A program made the translations under genes and the position numbers. This document shows positions 1 through 9,150 of a DNA stretch of 64,000 nucleotides, piece by piece. The notes under the pieces were generated by a model. That model had not been told where the DNA came from. It made no database searches and worked only from the letters and a program-made list of their open reading frames with translations. Each line of letters starts with the position of its first letter. The first letter of the stretch is position 1. The stretch spans positions 1,627 to 65,626 of the forward strand of contig CAAGHJ010000002.1 in the NCBI GenBank assembly GCA_900769635.1. Reading direction: 5' to 3'. The stretch comes from Bacilli bacterium. Lineage in GTDB: Bacteria > Bacillota_I > Bacilli_A > RF39 > UBA660.

Positions 1-1
1 A

Positions 2-787
2 ATTAACTATCGTAACGATATTTTTCTTCTTCACCTAAAAGTAATTAAATATTTCTCTTATAAATATGCATCTATTCATAAATTACCCGAAGAAGACATA
101 TATAGCTATTTATGTGAAAAAAGTTTACATATCATAGAATCCTATAACAATAACCAAAAAAGTCCCCGAAAAAAAGACACATCGACAAGATTTCTAAACT
201 TTTTTACCATTAGCATTAACAATGTTTTAGCCTCATTTCCCCGTAACGGCCTTGGAATAACCAATCTAGTTATTTTAGAAGCCCTAAATAATAGCAAATA
301 TATAATTGAAAGAGAACAAAGCGAAGTTATCGGAAAAAGAATAACCCTAACAACAGATAAAGAAATGATTTATAATTTCATTACCTATCTCGAAACAAAA
401 GGAACATTTTCAGGCAGTAGAGCGTGTATAAAAAGAGTATTACCAATCAGATTTTCCGATAGCCTAGAAGATCACCTATACACACCAAGTAATCATAACT
501 ATTTTGAAAAAATAGAGGATGAAAGCATCAAAGAAAGCATTATGAAAATATTAGATAATTTTCCCGAAGAATATAATAATTATAAAATAGCCTTTACCCT
601 AAAATATATACATAAAATAAAAACAAATAAAGAAATAGGAAAAATAATGGGTATAAGTCACGAGTTAGCTAGAACATACATATCTCGAGCAACGGAACTA
701 ATAAAAGAAAGTATACAAAATAATAAAACTACCGTAGGTTTACGTCAAAACAGTTGGCGACCAAGGATTAAAGGAAGGAAGAAGTAA
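2..787 (+). CDS. sigma-70 family sigma factor-like protein, 5' end outside the window
   Basis: The frame of track ORF 365..787 stays open back to base 2 (my translation: INYRNDIFLLHLKVIKYF...). The C-terminus has a region-4-like HTH (NKEIGKIMGISHELARTYISRATELIKE). Its stop lies 1 nt before the next start codon. Confidence 0.5.
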   Translation: MNYRNDIFLLHLKVIKYFSYKYASIHKLPEEDIYSYLCEKSLHIIESYNNNQKSPRKKDTSTRFLNFFTISINNVLASFPRNGLGITNLVILEALNNSKYIIEREQSEVIGKRITLTTDKEMIYNFITYLETKGTFSGSRACIKRVLPIRFSDSLEDHLYTPSNHNYFEKIEDESIKESIMKILDNFPEEYNNYKIAFTLKYIHKIKTNKEIGKIMGISHELARTYISRATELIKESIQNNKTTVGLRQNSWRPRIKGRKK

Positions 788-788
788 A

Positions 789-2543
789 ATGAATGAATAT
801 CCAGCAGAAAAATTTGTTGCAATTTATAGAAAGGTAAGATTAAACAATACAGGATATAAATATATATGCGAAAGCATAGAATTAGTCACCAAGTGGGATG
901 ACAGCATTAAGAAAGGAATTAATGAAATCTACATTGAGGAGCAAATAAATAACCTCAACTCTGCCGATATAGAAATATCTATAGATAATGTAAATAGTGA
1001 AATATTCACAAATCCAATTTACCACAACAAACCCCTTAATATTGAAGTAAAACAAATTGATGACTATATAAAAAATTCACCAAATTATCTCTTATTAGAT
1101 ATTCCCACTTTCCCGCAAACCATAATAGACATAGTTATAAGGGAAGTAGAAACCCTAGGAAATACATCCCAAGAGGTAAGAAACTATCGTATAGCAATCA
1201 GAGAAAAAATTCTTTACGCATTATCAAAAGTATACGGTTCTATAGAAATCAAAGAAGAAAGAGGAAATATTTATGCAAGTATAGATAATAGCAAGGAAGA
1301 TGTTGACTATTGTTATGATAACGGTTTTACTGACTATGCCGGACCAATGTCCCAAAATATTATTTGGTTTTTAAATTACTTTGAAGAAAAATATTTAACT
1401 ATTTGGCAATCAAAAAAGAATAATACCAGAAAAATCAAAGAAGAATCACATTCCCCTTTTCGTAACAATTTTGAATTAGAAATTATAGAAGATCCTCCTC
1501 AAACTTACACCCTTAATGAAGAAAACCAAGCCTCAAATATAACTCTCGAAAATTTAAAAAACATAATAACAAAAACAAGCAATAAATTTGTCGGACAAGA
1601 AGATGTGGTCTTTGATCTTGCTACAAGTATATATGTAAACAACATTCTTTCTTCCAAAAGTCCAGAACAAGTAGCCCGTACTAAGGATGTTATTCTCCTC
1701 GATGGTTCTACAGGAACAGGTAAGACAGCTATAATAAATGCCCTAAGTAAAGAATTCGATATTCCCTCAGTATGCATCTATGCTCCTAGCATAACTCCTA
1801 CAGGATATAAAGGAAGTGATCTAACAGAATGCCTAGATAAACTCTTTGAAAGTGCAGATAAAGATATTCAAAAAGCTGAACGAGGTATTGTCTATATAGA
1901 CGAATTTGACAAATTAACCGTCTTCGGTAACAAAGACGCTGCTACTTACCGAGCAATGGTTCAAAAAGAACTCCTAGGTTTTGGCTTTGGAAATGTATAT
2001 GAAATCAAAAATGGTTTCAATACCATTTCCTTCGATACCTCTAAATTAACCATTATATATATGGGGAGTTTTGCCGAAGTTAAAGATAATATCAAAGAAA
2101 GCGATAAATACAAAAGAAAAATAGGCTTTAATAATACAGACAATCCATCTCCAAATAACCCCATAATAGATGGCGATGTCCTTACTCAAAACGGTTTTCT
2201 AAGAGAACTAGTTGGTAGAATAAAACTATATATAAGTACAAAAGACTATACCAAGGAAGATCTCATAAATATACTAAAAAATTCTAGCATTAGTCCATTA
2301 AACGAATTAATAACAATATGCAAAGAAGACTTTGGAAAAACCCTAATTTACGACAAAGAATTCATTAACGCTATTGCTGGTTATGGAGTCAAATTAAAAA
2401 CCGGAGCCCGAAGTCTTCAAACAATATGTAATAGCATTCGTAACACCATAAAGATGGAACTAATATTCGGTATTGACAAAGAAATATACCTAACTACCGA
2501 TATAATCTATAACCTAGAAAAAAATAAAGGCAGGAACAAATAG
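789..2543 (+). CDS. ClpX-like AAA+ ATPase with a ~280 aa N-terminal region of unknown type
   Basis: Walker A GSTGTGKT, pore-loop-like GYKG, Walker B VYIDEFDK, IGF-like loop KRKIGFNN, and a sensor-2 region TGARSLQTI. All are colinear with ClpX. I see no ClpX zinc-binding N-domain. Confidence 0.7.
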   Translation: MNEYPAEKFVAIYRKVRLNNTGYKYICESIELVTKWDDSIKKGINEIYIEEQINNLNSADIEISIDNVNSEIFTNPIYHNKPLNIEVKQIDDYIKNSPNYLLLDIPTFPQTIIDIVIREVETLGNTSQEVRNYRIAIREKILYALSKVYGSIEIKEERGNIYASIDNSKEDVDYCYDNGFTDYAGPMSQNIIWFLNYFEEKYLTIWQSKKNNTRKIKEESHSPFRNNFELEIIEDPPQTYTLNEENQASNITLENLKNIITKTSNKFVGQEDVVFDLATSIYVNNILSSKSPEQVARTKDVILLDGSTGTGKTAIINALSKEFDIPSVCIYAPSITPTGYKGSDLTECLDKLFESADKDIQKAERGIVYIDEFDKLTVFGNKDAATYRAMVQKELLGFGFGNVYEIKNGFNTISFDTSKLTIIYMGSFAEVKDNIKESDKYKRKIGFNNTDNPSPNNPIIDGDVLTQNGFLRELVGRIKLYISTKDYTKEDLINILKNSSISPLNELITICKEDFGKTLIYDKEFINAIAGYGVKLKTGARSLQTICNSIRNTIKMELIFGIDKEIYLTTDIIYNLEKNKGRNK

Positions 2544-2875
2544 TGAATTACACATATAACGCCCATCTCCTTTTAGAAGAAAGAGTAGAAGAAGTAGGAA
2601 TCGACATCCACCAAAAATATCCCTTCATTGACCTTGCTACCGCTAAAAAAATAGCCAAAATGGAGGGAGCAATTTCCGAAAAAATAAATTTCCATATCAT
2701 TTTTACAAGATACTATAATATATTAACCATCCTTAAGCCAAATACTTACGAGTTTAATAAAGTAATGAAAGACTTTATAAATATTTGCAAAAACGCCCCT
2801 CTTGATGAAGAAAAATACACTATATTAACGAACATCATAAAATTTAGTAATGGCGAAGGAAACTTTCCCCTATAA
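2543..2875 (+). CDS. hypothetical protein, translationally coupled to the ClpX-like gene
   Basis: GTG start overlaps the upstream TAG stop (taGTGa). 110 aa with no motif I recognise. A clear terminator follows. Confidence 0.4.
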   Translation: MNYTYNAHLLLEERVEEVGIDIHQKYPFIDLATAKKIAKMEGAISEKINFHIIFTRYYNILTILKPNTYEFNKVMKDFINICKNAPLDEEKYTILTNIIKFSNGEGNFPL

Positions 2876-2879
2876 AAAA

Positions 2880-2901
2880 GGACTAATTAAGTCCCTTTTT
2901 T
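2880..2901 (+). terminator. rho-independent terminator
   Basis: GGACT-aatta-AGTCC hairpin followed by a T-run. Confidence 0.6.
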
Positions 2902-2925
2902 CATACTATGATATAGGTGAAATAA

Positions 2926-3257
2926 ATGAAAAAAAACATAATAATCCCAATTATAATGTTCCTCTTCCTTCCCCATAGCATCTACGCTAGTACCACCACC
3001 GCCTCAAGTTATACCCTTATAGACTACGAAACAGGCAGAGTAATATCCGCAAAAAACCAAAACAAAACAAGCCTCGTTGCTTCCATTAGCAAAATAATGA
3101 CCGCCCTAATTGCCATCCAATCCGGCAAACTAGATCAAGAAGTAACTGTCGATGATACAATTCTTAAAGCTTACGGCTCATGTATCTATATAGAAGTAGG
3201 AGAAAAACTCACTTTACGTGATCTCGTATACGGACTTATGCTAAGAAGTGGAAACGA
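2926..3257 (+). CDS. dacB: D-alanyl-D-alanine carboxypeptidase (sporulation PBP5*-type), 5' segment of a split gene
   Basis: Signal peptide, SxxK motif (ASISKIMTAL), then ...LMLRSGN. After base 3257 the reading frame enters element DNA and stops at 3265-3267. Confidence 0.85.
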
Positions 3258-3271
3258 ACTAGCGTGAACGG
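3244..3271. other. attL junction (host dacB / element), GA core at 3256-3257
   Basis: The host sequence ggaaacGA switches to the element sequence actagcGTGAACgg. The same GA occurs at the right junction. Confidence 0.7.
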
Positions 3272-3395
3272 AATAGCAGTTGGAACTTATGAAAGAAGAT
3301 TTAATAATATAACCTCCTTCAAACCTTATACATTAACATATTATTGGAAATTATATATATAATAAATGACATAGCATATTTTATATAAATCTACG

Positions 3396-3424
3396 AGATA
3401 CTAAAATAAAACTAGTATCTTTTT
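3396..3424 (+). terminator. rho-independent terminator just inside the element's left end
   Basis: AGATACTA / TAGTATCT 8-bp stem with a 9-nt loop, then TTTT. It is placed to stop read-through from the dacB promoter. Confidence 0.55.
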
Positions 3425-3440
3425 CTATTAGGAGGTGATT

Positions 3441-4205
3441 ATGATGTCAGTATTTAAAATAGAAAAAAATCAAAACTATACTGTTATGAGTAATCATCAT
3501 TTAAGAGATAGAAATTTATCATATAAGGCAAAAGGATTATTGTCCTTTATGTTATCTTTACCAGATGATTGGGATTATTCTCTTGCAGGTTTATGTTCTA
3601 TTAGTAAAGAAAGTAGAGATGGTATTAGATCAATACTTAAAGAATTACAAGAACATCATTATGTTGAAATAGAAAAAGTAAGAGGATATAAAGGTTATTT
3701 TGAATATAACTATTTAATATATGAAGTACCACATTTTATTAGTTTAGAAAATGAGCAAAGTAATCCAGATATGGAAAAACCACACCTGGATTATCCAAAT
3801 GTGGAGACAACTACGCAAATAAATACTAATATAATAAATACTAAAAAACAAATAGATAAAGATGATAAAACCAAAATATCATCTTTTTTTGTTCCTGAAG
3901 AACATAATAAATTAATATTGGAATTAATAGAAAGGGGTTATATAAATGAAGATGATATACAAATATTCTATTATGATAAGTTATTTAATCAGTTATTGGA
4001 AGAAGATAATTCGTATCAAGATTTAATACAAATAATTCACTATATTGTTCCAAGAATAGTAAAAAGAAAATTTAAAGATGAAAATGACAATTTAATTGAA
4101 AATAAATATGGTTATTTTAAAAATGCTATAGAGAGTAACATTCGTAAATTAAATACAAATATTGAAAATTTGTGGGGAGAGGATGAATATAATCTATGGT
4201 ATTGA
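3441..4205 (+). CDS. phage/plasmid-type replication initiator-like HTH protein
   Basis: The N-terminus (FKIEKNQNYTVMSNHHLRDRNLSYKAKGLLSFMLSLPDDWDYSLAGL) is typical of mobile-element replication/DnaD-like HTH proteins. RBS AGGAGG precedes ATG 3441; the track start at 3435 lies inside the RBS. Confidence 0.55.
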   Translation: MMSVFKIEKNQNYTVMSNHHLRDRNLSYKAKGLLSFMLSLPDDWDYSLAGLCSISKESRDGIRSILKELQEHHYVEIEKVRGYKGYFEYNYLIYEVPHFISLENEQSNPDMEKPHLDYPNVETTTQINTNIINTKKQIDKDDKTKISSFFVPEEHNKLILELIERGYINEDDIQIFYYDKLFNQLLEEDNSYQDLIQIIHYIVPRIVKRKFKDENDNLIENKYGYFKNAIESNIRKLNTNIENLWGEDEYNLWY

Positions 4206-4293
4206 TATTTTAAAATTTATTAAGTAAAAGTGTATATTAAATTAATATGTTTTCCATAATACAATATATTCCACATTTTTTTGTAAAAACATA

Positions 4294-4322
4294 TTGACAA
4301 ATATGTAAAAATCGTTTAAAAT
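4294..4322 (+). promoter_or_regulatory. sigma-A-type promoter of the cargo operon
   Basis: TTGACA (4294-4299), 17-nt spacer, TAAAAT (4317-4322). Confidence 0.55.
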
Positions 4323-4348
4323 ATAGTGCAAATGCAAGGGGGTAAACT

Positions 4349-4426
4349 ATGAGTTTATCAAAAAAAACTAGTAATGTGATTATTTTTCAAAGTGAAAATA
4401 AATTTCTTGAGGGCAAAAACATATAG
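4349..4426 (+). CDS. 25-aa leader peptide candidate (MSLSKKTSNVIIFQSENKFLEGKNI)
   Basis: RBS aaggggg lies 7 nt upstream of the ATG. The ORF runs through the 5' arm of the terminator hairpin and its stop sits in the loop. It is too short for the ORF track. Confidence 0.4.
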   Translation: MSLSKKTSNVIIFQSENKFLEGKNI

Positions 4427-4445
4427 GCGTTTTGCCCTCTTTTTT
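4409..4445 (+). terminator. terminator/attenuator hairpin upstream of the cargo operon
   Basis: Perfect 10-bp stem GAGGGCAAAA / TTTTGCCCTC with an 11-nt loop, followed by six T. It ends 20 nt before the first operon gene. Confidence 0.65.
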
Positions 4446-4465
4446 AAAAGATAAGGAGAGACAGT

Positions 4466-4954
4466 ATGAACAATATAAGATTATTTTTGTCTGATTGCGA
4501 TGGTGTTCTAACTGATGCAGGCATGTATTATTTTGAATCAGGAGATGAAGCAAAAAAGTTTAATACACGGGATGGTATGGCATTTAAGTTACTAAAGGAA
4601 CAAAATATTAAAATTGGTATAATAACAGGTGAAAAATCAAAGATAGTTAAAAATCGCGGAAAAAAACTTAAAATGGATTATATTTTTATGAATGCCAAAA
4701 ATAAAGTTTTAATTATAGAAAAATTATTAAAACAATTAAATCTTACTTACAATAATGTTGCATATATTGGTGATGATATTAATGATTTAGAACTATTGAA
4801 AAAGGTTGGATTCAGTGCATGTCCGTTAGACGCTGAAGATATTATTAAGAAAAATGTAATGTATATATCAGAAAAAAAAGGAGGATCTGGTGTGGTACGA
4901 GATGTATATAATAAATATTTCAATAATGTAGAAGGTGGAAAAAATGAACAATGA
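4466..4954 (+). CDS. KdsC-family HAD phosphatase (sugar-acid phosphate phosphatase)
   Basis: DxDGVLTD motif (SDCDGVLTDAGMYY) and GDDINDL motif, 162 aa. Confidence 0.75.
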   Translation: MNNIRLFLSDCDGVLTDAGMYYFESGDEAKKFNTRDGMAFKLLKEQNIKIGIITGEKSKIVKNRGKKLKMDYIFMNAKNKVLIIEKLLKQLNLTYNNVAYIGDDINDLELLKKVGFSACPLDAEDIIKKNVMYISEKKGGSGVVRDVYNKYFNNVEGGKNEQ

Positions 4955-5480
4955 TTTAATTAGTTTGTTTGATATTCCAAAAATTAAGGTTAGTGTTGAT
5001 ACATTTTGGTTTTTTAAACACTGTATGAAAGATAATTATTTTAATGCTCATATAATGATAAGAATGTTAGCAATAGATTGTTACTACGGAAAAAATGACT
5101 ATGGTTGGGATTGGTATAATAAAATGCAATTAACTAGAGTGGCGGATAATCCATTAATTCCAAAAAGAATGGCTAGACATGAAAAAGAGTTTAAAAAATT
5201 AATAAAAAGTTTTGAAGAAAATGGATTTATAGAAGAATACCCATTGGTAGTAAACAAAGAGATGTTATTTATAGATGGAGCACATCGTTTGGCACTTGCT
5301 TTATATTTTGGTATTGAAAGAGTTACAATAACTGTAGACAAAGATTATTATTTTATTGATAGTAGAGATTTTTCGTTTGACTGGTTTGAAAAAAAACAAA
5401 TGGGTTATATGAAAACTGAAGCATTAAGAAAATATAATGAAATTTGTGAATTTTATGGAGGTAAACAAAATGAATTATAA
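4944..5480 (+). CDS. hypothetical protein with a ParB/sulfiredoxin-like DGxHR motif
   Basis: FIDGAHRLALALYFG motif. ATG 4944 follows RBS GAAGGTGG. It overlaps both neighbouring genes. Confidence 0.4.
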   Translation: MNNDLISLFDIPKIKVSVDTFWFFKHCMKDNYFNAHIMIRMLAIDCYYGKNDYGWDWYNKMQLTRVADNPLIPKRMARHEKEFKKLIKSFEENGFIEEYPLVVNKEMLFIDGAHRLALALYFGIERVTITVDKDYYFIDSRDFSFDWFEKKQMGYMKTEALRKYNEICEFYGGKQNEL

Positions 5481-6336
5481 AAGACCAATTTTTATTGCTG
5501 AATTATGTTGTAATCATAAGGGAAGCGTGGATTTAGCAAAATTAATGATAGATTTAGCAAAAAAATCTGGTGTTGATATTGTTAAATTTCAAAAAAGAGA
5601 TATACATACTTGGGAAAAAAGAAAACCTAATATTTATAATTCCCCGCATCCAAATGTTAATGAAGCTTTTGGAAAAACATATAAAGAACATAGGAAATTT
5701 TTAGAATTTTCCTTTTCTGAACATAAGGAGTTAAAAAAATATTGTGATGATAAAAAGATAGGATATAGCGCTTCAGTTTGGGATATTAAATCTGCCAAAC
5801 AAATATGTTCCCTAAATCCTAAAATGATAAAAGTTGCATCGCCATGTAATTCTAACTATGAAATGTTAGAATGGCTATGTGATAATTATAGTGGGGAAAT
5901 TCATGTTTCATTGGGAATGACAAGTAAAGAAGATATTGACAAAATAGTGAAATTTTTTATTAATAAAAATAGAGCAAAAGATTTATATTTATATACTTGC
6001 ACTTCTGGTTATCCTGTACAATATGAAGATATGTGTATATTAGAAATTAATAATTTAATAAAAAAATATGGTAAAGTAATTAAAGGTATTGGATTTTCTG
6101 GGCATCATATAGGAACTGCTGTAGATATTTCAGCATATACATTAGGTGCAACTGTAATAGAAAGACATTTCACATTAGATAAAAGTTTAAAAGGAACGGA
6201 TCAGAAAGTCGCTTTAACAAAGGAAGAATTTGAAGAATTAATATTAAATATTGATAATGTTAGAAAAGCACTTTCATATAAAAATAAAGATGTATTAGAT
6301 GTAGAGATTAAAAATAAGGAGAAGTTAAAATGGTAA
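5470..6336 (+). CDS. NeuB-family nonulosonic/sialic acid synthase, short form without an evident C-terminal SAF domain
   Basis: IAELCCNHKGS, KFQKR, KVASP, SLGMT, SGHH and IERHFTLD are colinear with NeuB motifs. ATG 5470 follows RBS GGAGG. Confidence 0.8.
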   Translation: MNYKRPIFIAELCCNHKGSVDLAKLMIDLAKKSGVDIVKFQKRDIHTWEKRKPNIYNSPHPNVNEAFGKTYKEHRKFLEFSFSEHKELKKYCDDKKIGYSASVWDIKSAKQICSLNPKMIKVASPCNSNYEMLEWLCDNYSGEIHVSLGMTSKEDIDKIVKFFINKNRAKDLYLYTCTSGYPVQYEDMCILEINNLIKKYGKVIKGIGFSGHHIGTAVDISAYTLGATVIERHFTLDKSLKGTDQKVALTKEEFEELILNIDNVRKALSYKNKDVLDVEIKNKEKLKW

Positions 6337-7013
6337 AGTATAATTATGTTGTTATGATTCCTGCTAGAGGTGGTAGTAAATCAATCCCTTTAAAAAATAT
6401 AAAAGAAATAGCGGGACAACCTTTAATTTACTGGTCATTAGATGCGGCAGTAAATAGTAAATATGTTGATAAAGTATTTGTATCAACAGATTCAGAAGAA
6501 ATAAAAAAAGTTGTTTTACAGTATAATAAATTAAATAAAGAAAAAATTGAAGTAATTGATAGAAGTGAAGAATGTTCCACTGATACTGCAACTACAGAGT
6601 CAGTTATGCTTGATTTTTCAAAAAGAGTAGATTATACAAATTTAATTTTAATTCAATGCACTAATCCTATGATAACAACGAAAGATATTGATGGGGCTAT
6701 AGCAGTACATCCAAAATTTGATAGCGTTTTATCAACAGTAGTTCAAAAAAGATTTTATTGGAAGTTTAATAATGATGGAAGTATTAGTGAAATTGAACAC
6801 GATATAAAGAAAAGACCTAGAAGACAAGATTGGGATGGTGTTTTAGCAGAAAATGGGTCAATATATATTATTTCAAAAGAAAATTTACTTAAAGGTCAAT
6901 GTAGACTTTATGGAAGAATTGGAACATATATAATGCCTGATAGTAGTTATTATGAAATTGATGAGGACATAGATTGGATAATAATAGAAAAATTATTAAA
7001 AAATAAAAAATAA
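6330..7013 (+). CDS. CMP-N-acylneuraminate (CMP-sugar acid) cytidylyltransferase family
   Basis: N-terminal MIPARGGSKSIPLKNI signature. The start overlaps the neuB-like stop (aTGGTAA). Confidence 0.8.
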   Translation: MVKYNYVVMIPARGGSKSIPLKNIKEIAGQPLIYWSLDAAVNSKYVDKVFVSTDSEEIKKVVLQYNKLNKEKIEVIDRSEECSTDTATTESVMLDFSKRVDYTNLILIQCTNPMITTKDIDGAIAVHPKFDSVLSTVVQKRFYWKFNNDGSISEIEHDIKKRPRRQDWDGVLAENGSIYIISKENLLKGQCRLYGRIGTYIMPDSSYYEIDEDIDWIIIEKLLKNKK

Positions 7014-7041
7014 AAGTTTAAGAATATTGGAGGATTAAAAA

Positions 7042-7557
7042 ATGTTAAGCGTTGGAATAATTTGGAATTCTTCGCAAAAATATGCCAATGACATAATTAG
7101 TGATTTAAAGAAAAGTGTTGATGTTTTGGATTTTTTTGAAGTGGATTTTGGAGAAAAATATTATTCATTTGTAAAAAGTATTTATGAAAAAGAACAAATG
7201 GAAGATTGGAAAATTGCAAATAAAATACTACACATGCAATATACTGATGATAATAAGATAACTATAATATTCTTTGACTTTGATGAGAACGAAATAAGGT
7301 TTCATCCTAAAAAAAATAAAAATGTTTTTTCAAAGTTAGAGGATAGTAAAATGTATATTCGTGAAAAATATAAAAATCTTGTGAATAATTATACTTTTGA
7401 TATAGTTTTTCACGCTACGGATAATTTAGAAGAATTGAAAAATTGTTTAGAAGTAATTAGAGAATATATAAATCAAATAAAATCAAATGAAGATAATACA
7501 ATTATTCAAGGAAGAGTGTTAAAATACAAAAAAAGTTTAGGTGGAAAAAATGAATAG
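7042..7557 (+). CDS. hypothetical protein
   Basis: Good RBS (ggagg) and operon context. No recognisable motif. Confidence 0.45.
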   Translation: MLSVGIIWNSSQKYANDIISDLKKSVDVLDFFEVDFGEKYYSFVKSIYEKEQMEDWKIANKILHMQYTDDNKITIIFFDFDENEIRFHPKKNKNVFSKLEDSKMYIREKYKNLVNNYTFDIVFHATDNLEELKNCLEVIREYINQIKSNEDNTIIQGRVLKYKKSLGGKNE

Positions 7558-8575
7558 TTTGAATGATAGATTATTAGAAATCTCAAAATTAGAAAAATAT
7601 GAATTATACCCGCCGTTCCCTAAAAAAAATCTTCTTATTGAAGTAACTAATAAGTGTAATAGTAATTGTATTTTTTGCGCTAATAGTAAAATGAAAAGAA
7701 AGCGAAAATATATAGATCCTGCATTATTAGAAAAAATTTTAAAAGAAGCATTTGAACTTGGTATGATTGAAGTAGGTTTTTATACTACGGGGGAGTCTTT
7801 GTTAGATAATAATTTATCAAAATATATAAAACTTGCTAAAAATATTGGATATAAATATATTTATATAACAACTAATGCTATCTTATTAAATAATAGAAAA
7901 ATTAAAGAGTTAGTAGATGCGGGTATAGATAGTATAAAATTATCTATTAATGCAATAAATAAAAAAGATTATGAATTTATTCATGGAGTTAATTATTTTG
8001 ATACAGTTATATCCAACTTAAAATCTTTATATAATTATAGAAAAAACGAAAAATTACAATTCAAAATATATGTTTCATATATCGCAACTAGATATACAGA
8101 TTATTCGGTTGCAAAAATAAAAGTATTTTTTGCTGATTATTGTGATGAAGTGGCTGTTGTTAATGTACGAAACCAGAGTGGTTTAATGCCTGAAATTAAT
8201 AAATATTTATCTTGTGAGAAACAAAAAAACAAAATAAAAGCCGAAAGAATCTTGCCTTGTCATTATGTTTTTAATACTGTTAATGTTAGTTGTGAAGGTT
8301 ATTTGACAGCATGTTGTACAGATTTTGAAAATTATCTAGTATATGCTGATTTGAACAAGGAAACATTGAAAGATAGTTGGCATAATGAAGTTATTACAGA
8401 ATTAAGAAGACAACATTTAAATAAAAAATTAGAAGAAAATTTATGTAATAATTGTATTTATTCTAGTGAAAGTTTGCCAATACCTTTAAATGAAAGTTTG
8501 TGTACTGGTATGACGAAAGAAGTTTTTGATAGCAAAAAAACATTGAATAGAATAGAAAAATATACTAATTTATGA
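7550..8575 (+). CDS. radical SAM enzyme with a Cys-rich SPASM/twitch-like C-terminal domain
   Basis: CNSNCIFC (Cx3Cx2C) near the N-terminus. C-terminal cysteines: LPCHYV...VSCEGYLTACCTD...LCNNCIY. Confidence 0.75.
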   Translation: MNSLNDRLLEISKLEKYELYPPFPKKNLLIEVTNKCNSNCIFCANSKMKRKRKYIDPALLEKILKEAFELGMIEVGFYTTGESLLDNNLSKYIKLAKNIGYKYIYITTNAILLNNRKIKELVDAGIDSIKLSINAINKKDYEFIHGVNYFDTVISNLKSLYNYRKNEKLQFKIYVSYIATRYTDYSVAKIKVFFADYCDEVAVVNVRNQSGLMPEINKYLSCEKQKNKIKAERILPCHYVFNTVNVSCEGYLTACCTDFENYLVYADLNKETLKDSWHNEVITELRRQHLNKKLEENLCNNCIYSSESLPIPLNESLCTGMTKEVFDSKKTLNRIEKYTNL

Positions 8576-8604
8576 TATAATAAAAAAAGAAAGTAGGAGA
8601 TAAA

Positions 8605-9150
8605 ATGGAATTAGTTGATGTTTATAATGAAAGACATGAAAAATTAAATTATTCTAAAGGAAGAAAAGAGTTAAATGATGGAGAATATAGATTATCTTGT
8701 TTTATTTGGGTAATAAATGATAAAAATGAAATATTACTTCAACAAAGATTGGCAACTGCTAAAAAAATGCCAAATATGTGGGGTACAACAGCAGGAGGAG
8801 CCCAAAAAGGAGATTCTAGTTTAACTGGTGCAATGAGAGAATTAAAAGAAGAATTGGGAATAGATGCTAGAAAAGAGGAAATGGTATTTATAGGATCATA
8901 TAAAAGAATAAATGATTTTGTAGAAGTTTGGTTATGTAAAAAAAATATTGAAGTTAATGCATTAATTTTGGAACCAAGTGAAGTACAAGATGCAAGATGG
9001 TTTTCTATAGATGAATTCAAAAGAATGATAGTAGACGGAAAGGGTATAGATTCAGGTTTCAAAATATTTGAAATGTATTATGATAATTTTTACAATAAAC
9101 ATTATGAATTGGTTGACGGAAAACCTGTTTTAGTAAATAATGAAAAATAA
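8605..9150 (+). CDS. Nudix hydrolase
   Basis: Nudix box GGAQKGDSSLTGAMRELKEELGI. Confidence 0.75.
   Translation: MELVDVYNERHEKLNYSKGRKELNDGEYRLSCFIWVINDKNEILLQQRLATAKKMPNMWGTTAGGAQKGDSSLTGAMRELKEELGIDARKEEMVFIGSYKRINDFVEVWLCKKNIEVNALILEPSEVQDARWFSIDEFKRMIVDGKGIDSGFKIFEMYYDNFYNKHYELVDGKPVLVNNEK

Noticed and set aside
1505-2164. Track ORFs 1505..1777 and 1961..2164 on the minus strand
   Set aside because: They lie entirely antisense to the well-supported ClpX-like gene. They have no RBS and low-complexity translations, so they are antisense-frame artefacts.
2902-2909. CATACTAT upstream of dacB as a sigma-E-type -10 element
   Set aside because: It resembles the CATACA-T consensus but ends only 17 nt before the ATG. 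A transcript starting there would lack the SD (aggtga at ~2914). I also could not find a convincing -35.
4930-7565. Shared 16-nt junction aggtggaaaaaatgaa at two gene boundaries (4932-4947 and 7538-7553) as a recombination scar
   Set aside because: Identity is limited to the SD-spacer-ATG region, and both upstream proteins simply end in GGKNE. The match is too short to separate from convergent translational-coupling signals.
5099-9062. Minus-strand track ORFs 5099..5341, 6364..6591 and 8739..9062
   Set aside because: Each lies antisense inside a motif-supported operon gene (DGxHR protein, NeuA-like, Nudix). None has a start context.
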